26,521 nucleotides of DNA, taken from the IMG/VR virus record IMGVR_UViG_2875722834_000004. The stretch is one strand, 5' to 3'. The DNA is from a virus (Duplodnaviria > Heunggongvirae > Uroviricota > Caudoviricetes). Made by a program: the position numbers and the translations under genes. Below the pieces are notes generated by a model. That model was given only the letters and a program-made list of their open reading frames with translations, was not told the origin of the DNA and searched no databases. Of the stretch, positions 18,770 through 26,521 are shown one piece after another; within the stretch, counting starts at the first letter, position 1; every line of letters begins with the position of its first letter.

Positions 18770-19180
18770 TTAGCGTGGTAAGATCTGTGTAGTTTTCTGG
18801 ATGCTTTCAGTAAATAGTAATGAATTATCAAAGGTATAGTAATATCTTTTTTGTTCGTGGATATTTGTAACCCACCGAAAAACTCCTGCTTTAGCAAGGT
18901 TTCTTCTGTATTCCTGAAATGTGATCTCTCTGGATTTCAGCTTATTAGAGGTCGTTTCTATAAGATGCCTATCCTTTGAAAATTTGACAGACACAATGTT
19001 TTTTAGGCCCTTTAATAACACTGTATTATCATTTTTTAATACAATATGAACATTCTCTGTGGCTAAATAGTAAATGTAATGTGAGACATTGTGACGTTTT
19101 AGCTCAGAATAAAACCATTGATAGTTTAAATCGTTTCGAACTTTATCAAATATTTGTTTAAAAATGACTACCTGATCCAT
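18770..19180 (-). CDS. ydfO: YdfO-like protein (DUF1398), 136 aa
   Basis: ORF in the ydfO position of Qin; start chosen at MDQVVIF to give 136 aa (six-frame ORF extends to 19195). Confidence 0.7.
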
Positions 19181-19237
19181 AGATAAACCTTCCATGTGAT
19201 ATGAGGGGGCGTAGTCTGCACGATTATCTAAATTGCT

Positions 19238-19471
19238 TCAATCTGGTCTGACCTGTTTTCTGAGCAATTCAGTAATGTCACTCTTTTCTTTGTTTGCTTC
19301 AGAAGAAACTCTTTTTTCTGAGCACAGTCTCCGGCGGCAGGCTTCAATGACCCAGGCTGAGAAATTCCCGGACCCTTTTTGCTCAAGAGCGATGTTAATT
19401 TGTTCAATCATTTGGTTAGGAAAGCGGATGTTGCGGGTTGTTGTTCTGCGGGTTCTGTTCTTCGTTGACAT
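19238..19471 (-). CDS. ynfO: Small basic protein in the ynfO position (77 aa)
   Basis: 77-aa ORF adjacent to the phage right-end/cos sequence; basic N-terminus; assignment by position and length only. Confidence 0.45.
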   Translation of the reverse strand: MSTKNRTRRTTTRNIRFPNQMIEQINIALEQKGSGNFSAWVIEACRRRLCSEKRVSSEANKEKSDITELLRKQVRPD

Positions 19472-19657
19472 GAGGTTGCCCCGTATTCAGTGTCGCTGAT
19501 TTGTATTGTCTGAAGTTGTTTTTACGTTAAGTTGATGCAGATCAATTAATACGATACCTGCGTCATAATTGATTATTTGACGTGGTTTGATGGCCTCCAC
19601 GCACGTTGTGATATGTAGATGATAATCATTATCACTTTACGGGTCCTTTCCGGTGAT

Positions 19658-19681
19658 CCGACAGGTTACGGGGCGGCGACC
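19658..19681 (+). other. Lambda-type cos site: right-end terminus CGACAGGTTACG followed by the 12-nt cohesive end GGGCGGCGACCT
   Basis: 19500-19860 is nearly identical to the joined right and left ends of phage lambda (…CCGACAGGTTACG|GGGCGGCGACCTCGCGGGTTTTCGCTATTTATGAAAATTTTCCGG…), continuing into Nu1. Confidence 0.85.
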
Positions 19682-19859
19682 TCGCGGGTTTTCGCTATTT
19701 ATGAAAATTTTCCGGTTTAAGGCATTTCCGTTCTTCTTCGTCGTAACTTAATGTTTTTATTTAAAATACCCCCTGAAAAGAAAGGAAACGACAGGTGCTG
19801 AAAACGAGCTTTTGGGCCTCTGTCGTTTCCTTTCTCTGTTTTTGGCCGTGGAATGAACA

Positions 19860-20108
19860 ATGGAAGTCAACAAAAAGCAGCTGGCTGACATTTTCGGTGC
19901 GAGTATCCGTACCATTCAGAACTGGCAGGAACAGGGAATGCCCGTTCTGCGAGGCGGTGGCAAGGGTAATGAGGTGCTTTATGACTCTGCCGCCGTTATA
20001 AGATGGTATGCCGAAAGGGATGCTGAAATTGAGAACGAAAAGCTGCGCCGGGAAGTTGAAGAACTGCGGCAGGCCAGCGAGACAGATCTCCAGCCATCCG
20101 TGAGGTGA
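19860..20108 (+). pseudogene. Terminase small subunit Nu1, truncated after ~80 codons (NohQ/NohA-like remnant)
   Basis: First 80 aa near-identical to lambda Nu1 (MEVNKKQLADIFGASIRTIQNWQEQGMPVLRGGGKGNEVLYDSAAV...RQASE); the frame then reads PSVR and stops at a deletion junction with gene A sequence. Confidence 0.85.
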
Positions 20109-21790
20109 ATGTGGTGAAGTCTGCCCGTGTCGGTTATTCCAAAATGCTGCTGGGTGTTTATGCCTACTTTATAGAGCATAAGCAGCGCAACACACTTATC
20201 TGGTTGCCGACGGATGGTGATGCCGAGAACTTTATGAAAACCCACGTTGAGCCGACCATCCGCGATATTCCGTCGCTGCTGGCGCTGGCTCCGTGGTATG
20301 GCAAAAAGCACCGGGATAACACGCTCACTATGAAGCGTTTTTCCAATGGTCGTGGCTTCTGGTGCCTGGGCGGTAAAGCGGCAAAAAACTACCGTGAAAA
20401 GTCGGTGGATGTGGCGGGTTATGATGAACTTGCTGCCTTTGATGAGGATATTGAACAGGAAGGCTCTCCGACGTTCCTTGGCGACAAACGTATTGAAGGC
20501 TCGGTCTGGCCAAAGTCCATCCGTGGCTCCACGCCCAAAGTGAGAGGCACCTGCCAGATTGAGCGTGCAGCCAGTGAATCCCCGCATTTTATGCGTTTTC
20601 ATGTTGCCTGCCCGCACTGCGGGGAGGAGCAGTATCTTAAATTTGGCGACAAAGAGACGCCGTTTGGCCTCAAATGGACGCCGGATGACCCCTCCAGCGT
20701 GTTTTATCTCTGCGAGCATAATGCCTGCGTCATCCGCCAGCAGGAGCTGGACTTCACTGATGCCCGTTATATCTGCGAAAAGACCGGGATCTGGACCCGT
20801 GATGGCATTCTCTGGTTTTCGTCATCCGGTGAAGAGATTGAGCCGCCGGACAGCGTGACCTTTCACATCTGGACGGCGTACAGCCCGTTCACCACCTGGG
20901 TGCAGATTGTCAAAGACTGGATGAAAACGAAAGGGGATACGGGAAAACGTAAAACCTTCGTAAACACCACGCTCGGTGAGACGTGGGAGGCGAAAATTGG
21001 CGAACGTCCGGATGCTGAAGTGATGGCAGAGCGGAAAGAGCATTATTCAGCGCCCGTTCCTGACCGTGTGGCTTACCTGACCGCCGGTATCGACTCCCAG
21101 CTGGACCGCTACGAAATGTGTGTATGGGGATGGGGGCCGGGTGAGGAAAGCTGGCTGATTGACCGGCAGATTATTATGGGTCGCCACGACGATGAACAGA
21201 CGCTGCTGCGTGTGGATGAGGCCATCAATAAAACCTATACCCGCCGGAATGGTGCAGAAATGTCGGTATCCCGTATCTGCTGGGATACTGGCGGGATTGA
21301 CCCGACCATTGTGTATGAACGCTCGAAAAAACATGGGCTGTTCCGGGTGATCCCCATTAAAGGGGCATCCGTCTACGGAAAGCCGGTGGCCAGCATGCCA
21401 CGTAAGCGAAACAAAAACGGGGTTTACCTTACCGAAATCGGTACGGATATCAATATCAAACCGGGCCATGATTATTACTTTTATATCCGCAGTGTGAACA
21501 CCGTTGGCAAATCGGCATTCGTGGAGGCTGTCGGTCAGGCGAGCGATGATGCGGAAGGTTACCTGGATTTTTTCAAAGGCCAGATAACCGAATCCCATCT
21601 CGGCAAGGAGCTGCTGGAAAAAGTCGAGCTGACGGAGGATAACGCCAGCAGACTGGAGGAGTTTTCGAAAGAGTGGCAGGACGCTAACGATAAGTGGAAT
21701 GCCATGTGGGGCGTCAAAATTGAGCAGACCAAAGACGGCAAACATTATGTCGCGGGTATCCAACAGCGTATGGAAATATCATTCACCTGA
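20105..21790 (+). pseudogene. Chimeric remnant: terminase large subunit A (internal ~448 aa, lacking the N-terminus) fused in frame to a C-proximal segment of tail protein J
   Basis: Residues from [14 protein letters not shown]... to ...VYLTEIGTD match lambda gpA; from about 21449 the ORF reads [22 protein letters not shown]...[24 protein letters not shown], matching lambda J, then ends. Confidence 0.8.
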
Positions 21791-21795
21791 AAGGG

Positions 21796-22641
21796 ATGAC
21801 AGCCGTTGGCGAAGGTGAGTTACTCATCGGCTGGAGTGGTACAAGCGGTGCTCATGCTCCGGCATTTATTCGTTCACGACGGGATACGACCGACGCAAAC
21901 TGGTCGCCGTGGGCGCAGCTTTACACCTCGGCTCATCCTCCTGCAGAGTTTTATCCAGTCGGTGCACCAATCCCGTGGCCATCAGATACCGTTCCGTCTG
22001 GCTATGCCCTGATGCAGGGGCAGACTTTTGACAAATCTGCATACCCGAAACTTGCAGCGGCTTATCCGTCAGGCGTGATCCCTGATATGCGTGGCTGGAC
22101 GATTAAGGGCAAACCTGCCAGTGGTCGGGCCGTATTGTCTCAGGAACAGGACGGCATTAAATCGCATACCCACAGCGCCAGCGCATCCAGTACGGATTTG
22201 GGGACGAAAACCACATCGTCGTTTGATTACGGCACTAAATCCACGAATAACACTGGTGCGCATACCCATAGTTTAAGTGGCAGCACGAATGCAGCTGGTA
22301 ATCACAGCCATAGAGATGGCCGTCGATTTAACCCCAGTGTTTTTAAAGATACTTATCAATATGGTTATACAAGCTCAGGTCAAAATACCTGGGGTGTACA
22401 AGGCTCAGTAGGTATGTCTACGGGGTGGTTAGCTAATACCAGTACAGATGGTAATCATAGCCACTCACTGTCCGGCACAGCAGCATCTGCAGGTGCACAC
22501 GCGCATACTGTCGGTATTGGTGCTCATACGCACTCCGTTGCGATTGGTTCACATGGACACACCATCACCGTTAACGCTGCTGGTAACGCGGAAAACACCG
22601 TCAAAAACATCGCATTTAACTATATTGTGAGGCTTGCATAA
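21796..22641 (+). CDS. Side tail fibre protein fragment (Stf C-terminal region) with His-rich repeats
   Basis: ATG with AAGGGA SD; repeated G-x-H-x-H motifs (GAHTHS, GNHSHR, GNHSHS, GAHAHT, GAHTHS, GSHGHT) typical of lambda/Rac/Qin Stf C-termini; followed by tfa. Confidence 0.7.
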
Positions 22642-23216
22642 TGGCATTCAGAATGAGTGAACAACCACGGACCATAAAAATTTATAATCTGCTGGCCGGA
22701 ACTAATGAATTTATTGGTGAAGGTGATGCATATATTCCGCCTCATACAGGTCTGCCAGCAAACAGTACCGATATTGCACCGCCAGATATTCCGGCTGGCT
22801 TCGTGGCTGTTTTCAACAGTGATGAGTCATCGTGGCATCTCGTTGAAGATCATCGGGGTAAAACGGTTTATGACGTGGCTTCCGGCGACGCGTTATTTAT
22901 TTCTGAACTCGGTCCGTTACCGGAAAATGTTACCTGGTTATCGCCGGAAGGGGAGTTTCAGAAGTGGAACGGCACAGCCTGGGTGAAGGATACGGAAGCA
23001 GAAAAACTGTTCCGGATCCGGGAGGCGGAAGAAACAAAAAACAACCTGATGCAGGTAGCCAGTGAGCATATTGCGCCGCTTCAGGATGCTGCAGATCTGG
23101 AAATTGCAACGGAGGAAGAAATCTCGTTGCTGGAAGCATGGAAAAAGTATCGGGTATTGCTGAACCGTGTTGATACGTCAACTGCACAGGATATTGAATG
23201 GCCAGCACTGCCGTAG
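22641..23216 (+). CDS. Tail fibre assembly protein (Tfa), 191 aa
   Basis: Size and position directly downstream of stf (TAATG overlap); resembles lambda Tfa. Confidence 0.8.
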
Positions 23217-23313
23217 GGTAAAACATATAAATTCTATAATTAGATGTATCTTTCCATTTACGGCAAGGAAGGGGGCTTGGAAGACGTAAAGCATCTCACA
23301 CCGAGATTATTTT

Positions 23314-23904
23314 TTATATGTCAGGTGTCTGAAGTTTTGCTTTGGCTCTTAAAATGGTTTGCCGCGAGGTTTTGAATTCCCGGGCAATGGCACTTATACT
23401 TACACCTGACTTAATTCGTTCGAATACCACCTGTTTCTGTTCTTCATTTAACACAGGTGGTCGACCAAAACGTTTCCCTGCGCCGCGGGCTCTTACTATC
23501 CCGGAATGAGTGCGTTCAAGTAAAAGGTCTCGTTCAAATTCAGCGACTGCTGAAATTACGTGCATCATCATTTTTCCTGTTGGACTGGTCAGGTCAATGC
23601 CCCCCAATGCTAAGCAATGCACTCTGATACCTGTTTCGGTCAGTTGTTCCACTGTTTTCCTGATATCCATTGCATTACAACCAAGGCGATCCAGTTTTGT
23701 CACAATCAATTGATCACCACATTTCAGGCGAGCAAGCAACCGGTTAAAACCAGGACGCTCACTGGTTGCTGCTGAGCCGCTAATGTGTTCTTCGATTATT
23801 TGCTGAGGTTTGATTTTAAAACCTGCACTTTCGATTTCCCGGCGTTGATTTTCGGTGGTCTGATCCAGCGTTGATATCCGACAGTAAGCAAAAATTCGAG
23901 ACAT
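23314..23904 (-). CDS. Serine recombinase / DNA invertase of the Pin/Gin/Hin family (PinQ/PinR-like), 196 aa
   Basis: [20 protein letters not shown]... with the catalytic Ser in the CRISTLDQ motif and a C-terminal HTH; convergent with tfa. Confidence 0.9.
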   Translation of the reverse strand: MSRIFAYCRISTLDQTTENQRREIESAGFKIKPQQIIEEHISGSAATSERPGFNRLLARLKCGDQLIVTKLDRLGCNAMDIRKTVEQLTETGIRVHCLALGGIDLTSPTGKMMMHVISAVAEFERDLLLERTHSGIVRARGAGKRFGRPPVLNEEQKQVVFERIKSGVSISAIAREFKTSRQTILRAKAKLQTPDI

Positions 23905-24220
23905 AGTGAGACTCTATACGAAATTGGTGTTCATATCATAATGCATCTCAGAAAATAATTTTGATTATTTTTGTGCATATTTGTATGTACACGTTCGAAA
24001 ATAAACGAATGCGTATGCAACCCCGTAACTTTGGTGAGACCCAAAATCGATTTTGTGAAAAATGGCTTTAACTCGGTTTGTTTTTCGAGTTCCGGGCGGA
24101 CTCAAGGAAGAAGAATAGTGTTGCGTGTTATTTTAACCAAATTTCAAGTTGTTTGGTCGTGGAAAAGTGGAGCAAAATGTTGTTAAAGTGGAAAAATGAT
24201 AAAAAAGTAAGTTTATTATA

Positions 24221-24454
24221 TTACATTTTACCATTTAAATTTTGGTTGTCTTTAAGAACTGATATCGCTGTTTGTAATAATTCTTTGTTATCCAGCCATG
24301 ATTTTTTCTTTATGTTTCCTTCAATGTAATCAAGCAATGTTCTGGTATTGATAGGTCTTCCCTGTTTTGCTACTTCCACTACAGCATCCCCTAGGATAAT
24401 TCTTACTTCAGGAAGCTGCGCAGGGAACCACTTTAGGGTGTCTTTTGATTTCAT
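24221..24454 (-). CDS. ydfK: YdfK/YnaE-like small protein (77 aa)
   Basis: MKSKDTLKWFPAQLPEVRIILGDAVVEVAKQGRPINTRTLLDYIEGNIKK... matches my recollection of YdfK; AAGGA SD; AT-rich flanks. Confidence 0.7.
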   Translation of the reverse strand: MKSKDTLKWFPAQLPEVRIILGDAVVEVAKQGRPINTRTLLDYIEGNIKKKSWLDNKELLQTAISVLKDNQNLNGKM

Positions 24455-25237
24455 GAAGATATTCCTTAAAATATTATTGATTTTCATTGCGATATTGTAT
24501 GTCTGATTCAGGATATGTTGACTTATACATCGGTTTTGTCTGGGTTATTGGATATGCCAATCCCTAATTTTATTAGGGCATGACTAAAAATGCTGAATAT
24601 GATAAGGAGAGAAGTGATTATCAGTATGCTGTTCATATAGCCTCGAATTAGTAATGTGTTATATATGATATAGTTGACAATTTTATCTTGGGTGTTCTTA
24701 AAGTTCGTAGATAAACATTGTCGTTTCAGGTATACAGGAATGCTAACAGGTGGCGGCAAAAATCAGGCGGTTTATGGCGCAATCTGAAGTGGCAACTGCA
24801 AACTATCTTATGCAGAGACTCTACACGGATTGGGTTTAAAAGTATACATAGATAACAGTTTTTATCTGAAGAAGAAAAATATCAAGGTGATATAGCCTAT
24901 ATGCCTTTGATGTGGAGGAATGAATGTGATGGGAGTGATGTATCTGAATAGTTGAAAAACCGCAGACACACCTTATGCAAGAACGTGCTGCGGTTGGCTG
25001 GTAAATTTTTCGATAGTGCGAGTATTGAATGATTTCCAGCCGTTATTGATTTTACGCGTAAATCCATGAAAAAACTACTTATCTGTTGGGGAGTTTTTTG
25101 GGGCATATATGGGACAGAAATAGGCCCCAGATAGACACTGAGATCGAACTTAGGATGCTTTTAAAAAAATGCAACTATCTGAAAAAACCTAGAAAACGCC
25201 AAGGAAACCACAGGATGGGAAAAAACACCTGTGAATT

Positions 25238-26521
25238 ATGGATTTCCAGTTATATTCGCTCGGCGCAGCGTTAGTGTTTCATGAAATATTTTTTCCTGAA
25301 TCATCAACGGCAATGGCGTTAATTCTGGCAATGGGAACCTACGGTGCAGGTTATGTGGCGCGTATTGTCGGAGCATTTATTTTCGGCAAAATGGGCGACA
25401 GAATAGGGCGTAAAAAAGTGCTCTTTATTACCATCACCATGATGGGGATCTGTACCACCTTAATTGGTGTGTTACCGACCTATGCACAGATTGGTGTTTT
25501 TGCCCCCATCTTGCTGGTGACGCTGCGTATTATTCAGGGATTGGGTGCAGGTGCGGAAATTTCCGGTGCCGGTACGATGCTGGCGGAATATGCGCCAAAA
25601 GGTAAGCGCGGAATTATCTCCTCATTTGTGGCTATGGGAACTAACTGCGGAACCTTAAGCGCAACGGCAATCTGGGCCTTTATGTTCTTCATTCTCAGTA
25701 AAGAGGAACTGCTGGCGTGGGGATGGCGTATACCGTTCCTGGCGAGCGTTGTCGTGATGGTCTTTGCTATCTGGTTACGTATGAATCTGAAAGAAAGCCC
25801 GGTCTTTGAGAAGGTTAATGACAGCAACCAACCGACAGCAAAACCTGCACCTGCTGGTAGCATGTTCCAGAGCAAATCCTTCTGGCTGGCAACAGGGCTG
25901 CGTTTTGGTCAGGCGGGTAACTCCGGGTTAATTCAGACTTTCCTTGCAGGCTATTTAGTGCAGACGTTATTGTTTAACAAAGCAATTCCAACAGATGCAT
26001 TGATGATCAGTTCGATTCTCGGCTTTATGACCATTCCGTTCCTTGGTTGGTTATCCGATAAAATTGGTCGCCGGATCCCGTATATTATTATGAATACCTC
26101 TGCGATTGTGCTGGCGTGGCCAATGCTTTCTATCATCGTAGATAAAAGCTATGCCCCGAGCACCATTATGGTTGCACTGATTGTGATTCATAACTGTGCG
26201 GTGCTGGGATTATTTGCTCTGGAAAACATTACCATGGCAGAAATGTTCGGCTGTAAAAACCGCTTTACCCGGATGGCTATTTCAAAAGAAATTGGTGGTC
26301 TTATCGCTTCCGGTTTTGGTCCTATCCTGGCGGGTATTTTCTGCACCATGACGGAATCCTGGTATCCGATCGCCATTATGATCATGGCATATTCAGTGAT
26401 TGGTTTAATCTCTGCGCTGAAAATGCCAGAAGTGAAAGACCGTGATTTAAGTGCGCTGGAAGACGCTGCGGAAGATCAACCGCGTGTTGTAAGAGCTGCG
26501 CAACCTTCCAGAAGTCTGTAA
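25238..26521 (+). CDS. ydfJ: MFS-family transporter YdfJ (host gene at the prophage junction; N-terminus removed by the prophage insertion)
   Basis: 427-aa ORF with multiple transmembrane helices and MFS signature (GRIGRKK, RIPF); an in-frame TGA lies 2 codons upstream of the first ATG; GC content rises here. Confidence 0.8.
   Translation: MDFQLYSLGAALVFHEIFFPESSTAMALILAMGTYGAGYVARIVGAFIFGKMGDRIGRKKVLFITITMMGICTTLIGVLPTYAQIGVFAPILLVTLRIIQGLGAGAEISGAGTMLAEYAPKGKRGIISSFVAMGTNCGTLSATAIWAFMFFILSKEELLAWGWRIPFLASVVVMVFAIWLRMNLKESPVFEKVNDSNQPTAKPAPAGSMFQSKSFWLATGLRFGQAGNSGLIQTFLAGYLVQTLLFNKAIPTDALMISSILGFMTIPFLGWLSDKIGRRIPYIIMNTSAIVLAWPMLSIIVDKSYAPSTIMVALIVIHNCAVLGLFALENITMAEMFGCKNRFTRMAISKEIGGLIASGFGPILAGIFCTMTESWYPIAIMIMAYSVIGLISALKMPEVKDRDLSALEDAAEDQPRVVRAAQPSRSL

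Noticed and set aside
19979-21763. Long minus-strand ORFs (246 and 238 aa) antisense to the terminase A/J remnant
   Set aside because: The plus strand here is near-identical to lambda A and J coding sequence; the antisense ORFs are a by-product of codon bias and have no RBS or recognisable domains.
24523-25106. Minus-strand ORFs (78 and 69 aa) between ydfK and ydfJ
   Set aside because: AT-rich intergenic-like sequence; the ORFs lack convincing RBS and start context. A short hydrophobic peptide within 24523-24759 cannot be excluded but is unsupported.

Overview
The window is almost entirely one defective lambdoid prophage of the Qin type (E. coli/Shigella), running from an intact tyrosine integrase at the left edge to the prophage/host junction at the truncated MFS transporter gene ydfJ on the right. 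All calls rest on reading the sequence and on recalled protein and lambda sequences; no database search was run. Leftward early arm: int, xis, a full-length 823-aa protein with a C-terminal DEDDh exonuclease domain (the ydfE position), ydfD and dicB. A rightward block follows with two unknown ORFs, a Dam-like methyltransferase carrying an in-frame stop, and a run of short ORFs each punctuated by one in-frame stop. Then come an AT-rich islet with a small membrane-protein ORF, a 437-aa DDE transposase with undefined ends, flxA with a sigma-28 promoter, ydfV, relB with a truncated relE, ydfU and quuQ. The lysis module is cspF/cspB, essQ, ydfR, an endolysin split by a complete IS629 with a 3-bp target duplication, rzpQ/rzoQ and cspI, followed by gnsB, ydfO and ynfO. 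The packaging and tail end is a near-lambda cos site followed by a truncated Nu1, a terminase-A fragment fused to a J fragment, Stf and Tfa remnants, pin and ydfK. No rRNA, tRNA or CRISPR array was recognised. I found no clearly novel multi-gene system; the most unusual features are the orphaned relB, the run of stop-punctuated ORFs, and dicB/ydfD sitting without a recognisable dicA/dicC/dicF control region.
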